Source of the DNA: Candidatus Latescibacterota bacterium
Lineage (GTDB): Bacteria; Latescibacterota; UBA2968; UBA8231
Assembly (NCBI GenBank): GCA_963422735.1
Contig: OY730476.1
Location: 3,264,001 to 3,328,000, forward strand
Direction: 5' to 3'
DNA length: 64,000 nt
Position numbers and translations under genes: made by a program. Under the pieces are notes generated by a model. That model saw only the letters and a list, made by a program, of their open reading frames with translations. It ran no database searches and was not told the origin of the DNA. Below are positions 8,839 through 17,596 of this stretch, one piece after another. Numbering within the stretch: position 1 is the first letter of the stretch; the number at the start of each line of letters is the position of its first letter.

Positions 8839-9978
8839 TTACCACTCGGCCACGCGCTTTTTGGCGAAATAAGCTCGGTCCCACTCGGCTCCCCAGCCGG
8901 GGCCGGTCGGCGGTGCGATGTGGCCATCGATAGGGAGTGGGGGATTGAGCAGGCCGATCTCGCGGCCGACTTCGTCGCGGCTGCCACCGGGAAAGTACTC
9001 GTAGTACGTGGTGTTTTGCAGGGCGCAGACTAGATGGGCGTGAACTAAGCCAAAGAGCCCGCCTGGACCATTGAGTTCAATCGTGGTGCGATAGGCGGCG
9101 GCCATAGCAGCGAGTTTGAGGGTAGCCGTGGTGCCGTGACGGGCGTTGGCGCGGACGAGGTCCGTAGCCTCGGCGCTAACCCAAGCAATGCAGAGTTCGT
9201 GGTCGTGCATTAGGGTCTCAAGGGCCATAACGGGTATGTCGAGTTCGGCGCACAGCGTTTGCAAGCCCTGGAGATCGCGGTCGGAAATCGCCTCCTCGAA
9301 CCAGCTGTAGTTGAGTTCTTCCAGCGCGCGGCCAACGCGCAGGGCTTCGCGCAGGGTGTAGGGGCTGCCGGCCGCGTCGTGCAATAGATCGACGTTCGGG
9401 CCGACGTGATCGCGGATGGTACGCGACCAAGCGATATTGGTGTCGAGGGGGCCGGACCAGTGGTCTTTGAGTGCCACAAAGCCCGCTGCGAGTGCTTGGT
9501 CTGCTCCTTCTAAGGCGGTGTCGAGGCTGCCGGAGGGGAAGTTGTAATAGGCCCGGCAGCGCGAACGCGCTTGGCCGATTAGAGCGCAAACTGGGAGACC
9601 GGCGGCTTGCCCGGCAATGTCCCAGAGGCAATTGTCGAAAGCTCCGTGCCAGCCCGGACGCGAAAACAGCGAGCGGGTAGCCCAGCGCAGCTTGTCGTCG
9701 AGCTGTTCGCGGTAGAGCGGGTCTTGGCCAACTGCCATGATTCGCAGGGTCTCTAGTTCCTCGCGGCGCATGGTCTGGTAGCGGGCGTCGCCGACGGTGC
9801 AGATACCCTCCAAGCCTTCGTCGGTCAGCACGTGCAGCACGTGGATGGGAGCCTCGGCGCGGCGATGGCCGCAGGGCTGCCAGCGGGTGCGATGGCCGTA
9901 GGGGACTTGTTCTAGATCGAAGAGGGGGGTGGTAGCTGGAAGCTCGAAAACCGAGAGCTTTATGGCTGTGATTTTCAT
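8839..9978 (-). CDS. Mandelate racemase/enolase-superfamily enzyme
   Basis: MKITAI start; motifs DNCLWDIAG, LKDH, WFEE and PTGPGWG. Confidence 0.87.
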   Translation of the reverse strand: MKITAIKLSVFELPATTPLFDLEQVPYGHRTRWQPCGHRRAEAPIHVLHVLTDEGLEGICTVGDARYQTMRREELETLRIMAVGQDPLYREQLDDKLRWATRSLFSRPGWHGAFDNCLWDIAGQAAGLPVCALIGQARSRCRAYYNFPSGSLDTALEGADQALAAGFVALKDHWSGPLDTNIAWSRTIRDHVGPNVDLLHDAAGSPYTLREALRVGRALEELNYSWFEEAISDRDLQGLQTLCAELDIPVMALETLMHDHELCIAWVSAEATDLVRANARHGTTATLKLAAMAAAYRTTIELNGPGGLFGLVHAHLVCALQNTTYYEYFPGGSRDEVGREIGLLNPPLPIDGHIAPPTGPGWGAEWDRAYFAKKRVAEW

Positions 9979-10081
9979 AAGTTTGGCGCAGTTTGCGGTG
10001 GAAATGGGCCACCAGCGGGCCGATATAGTGTACCTGTGGATTCCATTTCCTCCGCGAACGAGTCCTCTTGTTTGCTCACCG

Positions 10082-10366
10082 CTAGCGAACGGCTTGGACT
10101 TTGAAGTGTAAACCTTCGCGCTTTTGAAGGCATCCGATGATCTCAAACAGGTTCCGGGCTTGGGGGTTGCTGTTTGGGCTGAACATGCGCATTAAGCTCT
10201 TGGGCGACTTCGCGGTCAACCCGCCTAACGCCTGAAAACCAATGGTTGCGTTGATGCAGTCGCGCAATACCGCCTTGCCCGAAAGCTTGAGCAGTTCCTC
10301 GCGGAAGGTCGGATCGCGCTCTATGCTCACTTGGATCGTTTCCTTGAAATTTCGCGTCAGAACCAT
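10082..10366 (-). CDS. Addiction-module antidote-like transcriptional regulator, internally shortened and possibly a pseudogene
   Basis: LTRNFKETIQ...RDPTFREELL...GKAVLRDCINATIGF...PKSLMRMF...NPQARNLF. The usual segment between ELLK and GKAVLR appears missing. Confidence 0.65.
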   Translation of the reverse strand: MVLTRNFKETIQVSIERDPTFREELLKLSGKAVLRDCINATIGFQALGGLTAKSPKSLMRMFSPNSNPQARNLFEIIGCLQKREGLHFKVQAVR

Positions 10367-10473
10367 AGTTTTCAAATCTCCCGTCGCTTGCGTCGCTTAT
10401 ATTCTCACAATAGGTAACCGGATATGGTTCCATTTGGCAAGTTCCTGCCGCGGGAGTGATCTACCGCAGTTTT

Positions 10474-10504
10474 TTGCGTCCTTTTCTGGTCACTTGCGTC
10501 TTAT
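10474..10504 (+). promoter_or_regulatory. Putative ECF-sigma promoter upstream of cadI/arsI-sigZ
   Basis: Direct repeat TTGCGTC at 10474 and 10494; the second copy (CGTCTTAT) resembles ECF -10 CGTC elements. Confidence 0.35.
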
Positions 10505-10533
10505 CAGTTAAAGGATAATGGAAGGAGCAAGTT

Positions 10534-10953
10534 ATGCGTTTGCAATTGGCCCTGAACGTCAGTGATTTGGATGAAGCCGTCGCTTATTACGGTGAACTTT
10601 TCAACGCCAAGCCTCACAAGCGGCACCCCGGTTATGCCAACTTTGCCATCGATCAACCGCCGTTGAAGTTGGTGCTATTTGAGAATCCAGAAGCGGCAGA
10701 ACGCCTCAATCATCTAGGCGTTGAAGCGCTTGCAGAAGCCGAGGTGAGCGACGCCGAGCAACGACTGCGGAACGCGGGCATTTTGACCGAAGTGCAACAG
10801 AACGAAACCTGTTGCCACGCGACCCAGAACAAAGTCTGGTCGAGCGATCCGCAAGGCTTGCGTTGGGAGTGGTATCGCATCATCGATGACAAGCCGGCGG
10901 AGCGTGTCTGCTCCCCCCGCGATTCTGGTGAAAAAGATAGCTGCTGCGCATGA
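10534..10953 (+). CDS. ArsI/CadI family VOC (glyoxalase-like) metalloenzyme
   Basis: Motifs RLQLALNV, PGYANF, PPLKLVL, LNHLG and TCCHATQNKVW..DP.G.RWE; C-terminal SCCA. Confidence 0.9.
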   Translation: MRLQLALNVSDLDEAVAYYGELFNAKPHKRHPGYANFAIDQPPLKLVLFENPEAAERLNHLGVEALAEAEVSDAEQRLRNAGILTEVQQNETCCHATQNKVWSSDPQGLRWEWYRIIDDKPAERVCSPRDSGEKDSCCA

Positions 10954-11546
10954 TCACTAAGACGCAGATCGGCCCGCAAGCCCGCCTCGGCCAAGACAAT
11001 TGGCGGGATTTCCAGACGAGCTTGCGCACCTATGTGGGTCGCCGGGTCGAAGCGGGCGCAGTAGAAGACGTCGTAGGCGACATCCTGCTGCTGCTCGCCC
11101 GCCATCAGGACCGGCTCGCCGTTGCTGATGAGCCGGCCGCTTGGGTGTTCCGCGTTGCTGCCAACGCGATCGCGGATCACCATCGTCGCCGTGCTGCGGA
11201 GGCACGGGCGTTGGCACAATATGCCGCGGAAATCGAGCAGCACGGCGGTGCGTCTGGTGATGCGAGCAGCACCGCCGAAATTGCCGCGTGTCTGACGCCT
11301 GTTATCCGCAACCTGCCGCAACCTTATGCGGAAGCGCTGCTGCTCACAGACATCGCAGGTCTCAACCAAACAGAAGCGGCGGCTCGCCTCGGCCTTTCCA
11401 CTTCCGGTATGAAATCCCGCGTGCAGCGCGGCCGTTCCAAGCTGAAACAGGCGATACTGCGTTGCTGTGCCGTTGCGCTCGATTGCCGCGGTGGGGTAAT
11501 TGACTGCGAACCGCGCAGCAGCACCAAGCTTCAAAACGAGAGTTAG
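10950..11546 (+). CDS. sigZ: ECF RNA polymerase sigma factor, SigZ-like
   Basis: Motifs AWVFRVAANAIADH, LPQPYAEALLL and MKSRVQRGRSKLKQAILRCC. Confidence 0.85.
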   Translation: MITKTQIGPQARLGQDNWRDFQTSLRTYVGRRVEAGAVEDVVGDILLLLARHQDRLAVADEPAAWVFRVAANAIADHHRRRAAEARALAQYAAEIEQHGGASGDASSTAEIAACLTPVIRNLPQPYAEALLLTDIAGLNQTEAAARLGLSTSGMKSRVQRGRSKLKQAILRCCAVALDCRGGVIDCEPRSSTKLQNES

Positions 11547-11642
11547 CATTGAAGACCGACTGATCTGTTGGTTGCCGCCTATGGCGACCAATGTTTACGC
11601 TCTCGGCTTTCGCCTTCACAAGTAGTCTCCGGCGTCGCCTGT

Positions 11643-12612
11643 TCACGCCCGCTCGCCGCGCACGAGTTGATCCAGCGTGGCTACGTCGTCTCTACTGCCG
11701 ATGAACAGGGGTGCGCTGATGCAACTCGGTCGCCTGCAAGTCCATGATGGGCTGGGTTCTGATTGGAGGCCGCGCCCCCGGCTTGTTCAACGACAAAGGC
11801 GAGAGGCGCGGCTTGCCACTGGGCGACTTGCTGTCGCCGGGGTAGAGGAAAATGCCGCCCTTGAGCAGGTTGCGGTGGAAGTCGGCCACGAGCGAGCCGA
11901 TGTAGCGCGCTGAGTAGGATTGCGGACCTTCTTTGAGCTGATCGACGTAGCGGCGCACCGGCGCGTCCCATTTGAGATAGTTGCCCTCGTTCGCGCTGTA
12001 GTACTGGCCGCGCTTAGGGATCTGGATGTACTCGTGGGAGAGCAGAAATTCGCCGAGGCCTGGGTCGAGGGTAAAGCCGTGGCTACCGCTGCTAGTGGTA
12101 TAGACTAGCATGGTGCTGGAGCCGTAGATGATGTAGCCGGCGCAGACTTGCTCGTGGCCGCGGCGGAAGAAGTCGCTGCGGGTAACGCTGTGGGTGCTTT
12201 TCTTGCGATAGATGGAGAAGATGGTGCCAATGGAGACGTTCACGTCTATATTGGACGAGCCGTCAACCGGATCAAAGACGAGGAGGTAGTTGCCGCGCGG
12301 GTGTCTTTCCGGGATGGGGTAAATATCGTCCATCTCTTCGGACGCCATGCCGGCCAGTCGCCCGGTGTGGTCGGTGGTGCGGATGACGGTAGTGTTGGCG
12401 AACGCATCGAGCTTTTGCACTTCTTCGCCGTGAATGTTGGTGCGACCGGTCAGGCCCATTACTTCGGCGAGGCCGGCCTTGTTTACGTCGCGCGCGATGA
12501 TTTTGGCCGCGCTGGTTAGGTCGGTGAGTAGGCCGGTAAATTCGCCGGTGGCCTCGGGGTGCTGCCGCTCTTCTTCGATGATGAAGCGAGTGAGGGTAGT
12601 GCCTATTTGCAT
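11643..12612 (-). pseudogene. fbp: Class 1 fructose-1,6-bisphosphatase with frameshifted C-terminus
   Basis: Motifs GEEVQKLD, SEE, FDPVDGSSNID and RYIGSLVADFHRNLLKGGIFLYP are intact. LRLLYE is missing, and the rest of the C-terminus is split across frames (APLAFVVEQAGG / QPIMDLQATELHQRT / LFIGSRDDV...stop at 11643). Confidence 0.82.
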
Positions 12613-12746
12613 GAGGGATCTGGCATCAATTGAGGGTGTTTGACATGGGATGGGATAAAACAATACAATCCCGTCTATCCTGTCCATCCTGTTAATCGCT
12701 GATGTTACGCATCGTCCTGCCAGTGCGCTAGGCACTAGTCGCCATA

Positions 12747-12846
12747 GAGATACTTCGCTTCCACCGCCCTCCGCTGCGCTCCAGCTCAGCATGACAGGGC
12801 TAGCACTGTCTTTGCCTGTCATGCTAAGGTGGAGCTGAAGCATCTC
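12747..12846. repeat. REP/MITE-like imperfect inverted repeat
   Basis: GAGATACTTCGCTTCCACC...AGCATGACAGG pairs with CCTGTCATGCT..GGTGGAGCTGAAGCATCTC. Confidence 0.65.
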
Positions 12847-12913
12847 ATACCTAGGGGCCCGTGCGTAAAATCAGTTGATCACAGTTAACGCCACTGAGGG
12901 AGAACGAGAGACA

Positions 12914-13732
12914 ATGATCAAATTGGCGACTATGAGCAGCGCGTGTCCAGACTGGACCTTGGACGAGGTCGTCGCTGGCATGAAGCGGCACGGCTATCAG
13001 GGGTTTGAGCCGCGGGTCGAATGGGATCATGCCTGTGGCATTGAGGCCGCGCTTGCGGCCAAAGAGCGGCCGGGCATTCGCCGGCGGATGGAAGACGAGG
13101 GACTGGAAATCTGCTGCATTGCAACCGGGGCGCGGATGGCTGCGCCCGACGCGGCGGAGCGGGCCGGGCACGTGGAGGACGTAAAAAAGTACATCGACTT
13201 AGCGGCTGATTTAGGCTGTGGCTTGGTGCGGGTTTTCGGCGGCCAGCGCGACCGGAGTCGCGAGTGGGCTGTGGTCGTTGATTATGTGGTGGAGGGCTTT
13301 GTGCAGGTGTTGCCCACGGCGGCTGAATGCGGAGTAACGTTGCTGCTGGAAACGCACGACGATTGGTGCTGTTCTGCGCCAGTGCGCGCCGTTGTCGAGC
13401 GGGCTGGGCACCCGAATTTGCAGGTGTTGTGGGATTTTATGCACACGCAGCGGATGCTAGAAGAGCCAGCCGAGAGCTTCCAACTGTTGGGCGCGCACAC
13501 GCGCCACATCCATGCCCACGACGGGATGATTGTCGATAGCAAGTTGCAGGTCAGCGATGTGCTAGGCGCGGGCGTCTTCGATCACGCCGAGCCGTTGCGC
13601 CTACTCGCGGAGGCTGGGTTTGCTGGGTATTGCTCGGTGGAAGTGATCTATAAGCGCGGCAGCGGAGATCGGGCCGATGCGGTGCTTGGGCAATATGCCG
13701 AGGGGCTGCGGGGAATTATGGCTGGTTTTTGA
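12914..13732 (+). CDS. Sugar phosphate isomerase/epimerase (xylose isomerase-like TIM barrel)
   Basis: Motifs VRVFGG, LLETHD, LWDFMH, HIHAHD and SVE. Confidence 0.88.
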   Translation: MIKLATMSSACPDWTLDEVVAGMKRHGYQGFEPRVEWDHACGIEAALAAKERPGIRRRMEDEGLEICCIATGARMAAPDAAERAGHVEDVKKYIDLAADLGCGLVRVFGGQRDRSREWAVVVDYVVEGFVQVLPTAAECGVTLLLETHDDWCCSAPVRAVVERAGHPNLQVLWDFMHTQRMLEEPAESFQLLGAHTRHIHAHDGMIVDSKLQVSDVLGAGVFDHAEPLRLLAEAGFAGYCSVEVIYKRGSGDRADAVLGQYAEGLRGIMAGF

Positions 13733-13754
13733 AGGGACGCTTCCTCTGCTTGGC

Positions 13755-13791
13755 AAGGCCCGTCGATCTTCTGATTGGCGGGCTTTTCGTT
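13755..13791 (+). terminator. Intrinsic terminator
   Basis: GCCCGTCGATC-TTCT-GATTGGCGGGC stem (with G-U pairs) followed by TTTT. Confidence 0.7.
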
Positions 13792-13946
13792 CTCGAATGT
13801 TCGGGCGATTATCGTTGCGCTAGCGGGCTATGCTAAAAAGTCGGCAAAGCCCGTGTGCTGCTGGCATCTTCGGCCTGAGTTCCTATCTTAAAGCCTCTTT
13901 TGCGAGTGAGACGCCCGCGTCCCCAGACGATAAATGGAGTGCATGT

Positions 13947-15284
13947 ATGGACAGTGCGCAAAGCAGCATCCGCGAGGCCCCGGCTCATTTTGGTGGCCTC
14001 TTACGCAATATCGGTCCCGGCGTCATTGTCTCTGGGTCGGTGGTTGGCTCGGGCGAGTTGTTGGTGACGACGCGGATGGGAGCTGAGGTCGGCTTTGTCT
14101 TTCTCTGGGGCGTGATCTTGGCCTGTTTGGTCAAATTTGCGATTCAGCTCGAATTGGGTCGGCAGTGCCTGTTGCGCAAGAGCAGTACCGTGCAAATCCT
14201 CGACCAAGTGCCGGGCGTGCGCTGGCGCGGCACTTCGTGGATCGCGTGGCTCTGCGTGGTAGGCTACTTCTCGGTGACGGTGGCCGTCATCGGCATCTTG
14301 GGGTCGGTGGCCGGGCTGATGGTCGCGGTTTTTCCCTTTGCGTCCGAACAGGTATGGGCGGTAGTCATTTTCCTCGCCATGTCGGTCTTGCTCTGGCGAG
14401 GATTGTACGGCGACTTGGAGAAAATGGTCTCCGCGCTGGTGGCGACCTTTAGCTTGGTCGTCGTCGGATCGGTGCTCGCACTGCAAGGCACGAGCTACGC
14501 AATCAGCAGCGCACAAATCGCCTCGGGCTTCCGCTTTGCCATGCCGGCCGAAGGCGCGTTTGTGGCTTTGGCGGTGATGGGATCGGTCGGCGCGACCGCA
14601 GTCGAGCTTTTCATGTATCCCTATTGGATCGTGGAAAAAGGCTACCCGGATTTCGTCGGGCCAAAAGACAATAGCCCCGAATGGCAGGCGCGCTACCGGG
14701 GCTGGATGCGGGTCTTGATTGCGGATGCGGGCGTGTGTACGGGCATCGCACTGGTGGTCACTTGCGCGTATTACCTGCTGGGCGCGTCGGTGCTCAATCA
14801 GCTACAAGTCTTGCCCGAAGGCATGAAGGTCGTCGAGCAAGTCTCGCTAATTTTCACCGAGAGCATCGGCGGCTGGGCGTACTATCTCTTTATGTTTGGG
14901 GGATTTTGCACGCTCTTTTCCACACTGCTGGTTTTCGCCGCTTCTTCGGGGCGGATCGGCGCTGACTTCCTGCGGCAACTAAAGGTGAGCGCGTTTGCCG
15001 GAGAAGAGGGCTACCGCCGCTGGATCCGCATTTTCCAGATCGGCTTCCCGTTTGGGTGGCTGCTCTTCATATTGTTCGACCCGCGCACCCTCGACTTTGT
15101 GCTCAAAGGGGCCAACGCCAACAATCTGTTGCTCATCCCCATGGCCTACGGGGTGCTGCACTTGGCCATGCGCACACCCGCGGACGAGCGCATGGCACTG
15201 AAGACCGAACTGGCACTGCTCTTCACCATCTGGGCCATCATCAACTTCACGGCGATCAATCTGTTTCAGCTATCTGGGCACTAG
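13947..15284 (+). CDS. Nramp-like (APC superfamily) membrane transporter
   Basis: IGPGVIVSGSVVGSGEL, GSVGAT..E..MYPYW and many TM helices; lacks the DPGN motif. Confidence 0.8.
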   Translation: MDSAQSSIREAPAHFGGLLRNIGPGVIVSGSVVGSGELLVTTRMGAEVGFVFLWGVILACLVKFAIQLELGRQCLLRKSSTVQILDQVPGVRWRGTSWIAWLCVVGYFSVTVAVIGILGSVAGLMVAVFPFASEQVWAVVIFLAMSVLLWRGLYGDLEKMVSALVATFSLVVVGSVLALQGTSYAISSAQIASGFRFAMPAEGAFVALAVMGSVGATAVELFMYPYWIVEKGYPDFVGPKDNSPEWQARYRGWMRVLIADAGVCTGIALVVTCAYYLLGASVLNQLQVLPEGMKVVEQVSLIFTESIGGWAYYLFMFGGFCTLFSTLLVFAASSGRIGADFLRQLKVSAFAGEEGYRRWIRIFQIGFPFGWLLFILFDPRTLDFVLKGANANNLLLIPMAYGVLHLAMRTPADERMALKTELALLFTIWAIINFTAINLFQLSGH

Positions 15285-15456
15285 CAGCAATGAGCTTCGC
15301 CGTTTTAGCATTCTCTCCGATAGTGTCCAACAGGCGGCCCTTTTTTAATTTGCGCGTACGACTCGGCCACGCCGCCGCTTCGCAAAACCCTCATTCCGCT
15401 TCTTAGGGATCCGCGCACCTTACTGACGTTACGCAGCCCTTGAGCCTTGTGCGATG

Positions 15457-15520
15457 ATCCACCAAAGGCCTGAAGGAACACGAAGAATACTCAGGAAACC
15501 CTTCGTGTTCCTTGGTGGAT
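15457..15520. repeat. Inverted repeat between convergent genes (REP-like or bidirectional terminator)
   Basis: ATCCACCAA..AAGGAACACGAAG pairs with CTTCGTGTTCCTTGGTGGAT. Confidence 0.6.
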
Positions 15521-15585
15521 AAACCCAAAAGAAATACCCTACTCGACACGACCACCCCGCTCCCTTGCATCTTGGCACCTTCGCA

Positions 15586-16362
15586 TTAACTCCCTAACCG
15601 CGGACCATGCGTAACATCAATTCCTAACATATCCTCGTAGCGCAGCCCCGTGCCCCCGAAAATATCCAGCGCCGCTCCCACCGTAAAATCCAATTTCCCT
15701 TGGCCGAGCCGGCCGAGAATCTCGATGTCCGCCGCGCAGCACACGCCGCCAGCATACGTCGTTGGGATCGGCGCGATCTCGCCCAGAAGCGCGACGAGTT
15801 CGGCATCGATCCCTTGCTGCTTGCCTTCGACCCCAGTGGCGTGGATGAGGAATTCGCTGCAAGACTCGGCGAGGAGTGCCAAGTTGTCCGCGCTGAGCGC
15901 AAAGTCCGTGGCCTTTTGCCAGCGGTCGGTCATTACCACGTAGCGCCCATCGCGTTTGTTGCAACTGAGATCTAAGACCAGCCGCTCGTGCCCTACCGCA
16001 GCCACCATTTGCGCCAGCCGGCTGTGGTGTATCTGGCCGTCGCTAAAGATATAGGAAGTGACGATCACCTGCGCGGCACCGCGGCTGAGCCAAGCCGCTG
16101 CGTTGTCGGGGCGGATGCCGCCGCCGACCTGTAGGCCTCCGGGGAAGGAGGCTAACGCCTGTGCGGCCGCGTCCTCATTGCCCGGGCCGAGCATGATGAC
16201 GTGGCCGCCGAAGAGCCGGTCGCAGCAATAGCGCGCTGCAAAGTAAGCAGGAGGATGGGGGGCGATGAAGTGGGTTTGAGGGGCGATGCCGTCGCGTAGG
16301 CTGGTGCCGACGATCTGTTTGACCCGCCCCTCGTGCAAATCGATACAGGGCCGAAAGCGCAT
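15586..16362 (-). CDS. hisA: ProFAR isomerase, His6/eukaryote-type HisA
   Basis: Motifs FRPCIDLHEGRVKQIVG, GGHVIMLG, LVLDLSC, DRWQ, EFLIHA and TVGAALDIFGG. Confidence 0.92.
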   Translation of the reverse strand: MRFRPCIDLHEGRVKQIVGTSLRDGIAPQTHFIAPHPPAYFAARYCCDRLFGGHVIMLGPGNEDAAAQALASFPGGLQVGGGIRPDNAAAWLSRGAAQVIVTSYIFSDGQIHHSRLAQMVAAVGHERLVLDLSCNKRDGRYVVMTDRWQKATDFALSADNLALLAESCSEFLIHATGVEGKQQGIDAELVALLGEIAPIPTTYAGGVCCAADIEILGRLGQGKLDFTVGAALDIFGGTGLRYEDMLGIDVTHGPRLGS

Positions 16363-16366
16363 TGGG

Positions 16367-16438
16367 AGTGGTTAGTGGTCAGTGGTCAGTGATCAGTGAT
16401 CAGTGCCCTCCACCCCGCCTTGGGGGTGGGGACTGATC
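16367..16438. repeat. Heptamer tandem repeat AGTG(G/A)T(C/T) x5.5 plus GC hairpin
   Basis: agtggtt agtggtc agtggtc agtgatc agtgatc agtg at 16367-16405; hairpin GATCAGT..CCACCCC/GGGGTGG..ACTGATC to 16438. Confidence 0.8.
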
Positions 16439-16497
16439 GGTAAGCTCCATTCGACGACATATAAGGTGGGGCGGTGGTGGAGGCTATCCACTATCTA

Positions 16498-17592
16498 CTA
16501 ATCAATGCGATGCTCGGCGAGCGCGTCCTCATCGAGGGTGACGCCGAGGCCCGGGCCGGCTGGCGGGAGGATGTACCCGTCGGCGATGGGCAGCTTTTCG
16601 CGGATGACGTCGCCGCTGTGATAGACACAGCCGTTCACGTCGCTGGCGTAGCCCAAGTTGGGCATGGCAAAGGCGAGGTGAGCTTGCGCTGCTGTGCCGA
16701 TCCCCAGCTCGGGCATACTGCCGATGATACAGGGCAGACGCGCCGCTTCGGCAATGGCGAAGATGTGCGCGGCCGCACCCAAGCCGCCGGCTTCCGACAC
16801 GTACACGTTGAAGACATCGACGGCTTGGTGGCGGACGCAGTTGAGGGCATCGGTTGGAGTCCAAACGCTCTCGTCGGCCATGATGGGCAGCGAGACGCGC
16901 TCGCGGACAAAGCGCAGCCCCTCTAGGTCGTCGGCTGCTAAGGGCTGCTCAACCAACTCCAAGTCAAAATCCGCGATCGCCTCGATGTGGCGCACGGCTT
17001 CCTTCGCCGAGGACCAGCCCATGTTGGCATCTACGCGCAGGACGACTTCGCTGCCGATCGCGCTGCGCACGGCCGCAAGCACGGCTAGGTCGGCGCGAAG
17101 GTCCCGCCCGATCTTTACCTTGAGCGTCTTGTACCCTTGTGCCACTAGGCTCTGGGCTTGGGCGGCGATGGCCTCGGGGTCGCCCATGGACAGCGAATGA
17201 CTCAGCAACACGCGGTCGCGGGCTAGGCCGCCCAGCAGTTGGTAAACGGGTGCGCCGCAGGTTTTGCCGACCAAGTCGTAGAGGGCCATTTCAATGCCGG
17301 CCTTGGCCGGGAAAAAGCGGTGCAGGGCTTGATTCATGCGGTCGGCGATCTCGCGGATGCGGCGCGGGTCCAAGCCGCAGAGCACATCGGCGAGCAGCCC
17401 ATTGATGGCTTCACTTTCCCCGCGTCCGCGGCGGTCCCAGATGCTAGAGGCTTCGCCGAGGCCGGTGAGGCCGGCGTCGGTGTGGATCAAGACGACGGCG
17501 TTTTCAGAGGCTTGGTGCGTACCGAGGCTGCTTTGGAAAGGCTGCGGTCTTGGCACGCGCACGGGTATGGCTTCGACGTGAGTGATTTTCAT
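16498..17592 (-). CDS. Muconate-lactonizing enzyme/dipeptide epimerase-like enolase-superfamily protein
   Basis: Motifs LKVKIG, RVDAN, EQP, MADES and PAGPGLG. Confidence 0.88.
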   Translation of the reverse strand: MKITHVEAIPVRVPRPQPFQSSLGTHQASENAVVLIHTDAGLTGLGEASSIWDRRGRGESEAINGLLADVLCGLDPRRIREIADRMNQALHRFFPAKAGIEMALYDLVGKTCGAPVYQLLGGLARDRVLLSHSLSMGDPEAIAAQAQSLVAQGYKTLKVKIGRDLRADLAVLAAVRSAIGSEVVLRVDANMGWSSAKEAVRHIEAIADFDLELVEQPLAADDLEGLRFVRERVSLPIMADESVWTPTDALNCVRHQAVDVFNVYVSEAGGLGAAAHIFAIAEAARLPCIIGSMPELGIGTAAQAHLAFAMPNLGYASDVNGCVYHSGDVIREKLPIADGYILPPAGPGLGVTLDEDALAEHRID

Positions 17593-17596
17593 AAGA

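Noticed and set aside
13947-15284. Nramp-like gene as a second Mn importer in the MntR regulon
   Set aside because: It lacks the DPGN metal-binding motif and no TTTAG-N6-CTAAA box is seen upstream; the substrate is unknown.
16367-16405. Short tandem repeats as a CRISPR array
   Set aside because: They are contiguous 7-mers with no spacers, and there are no cas genes.
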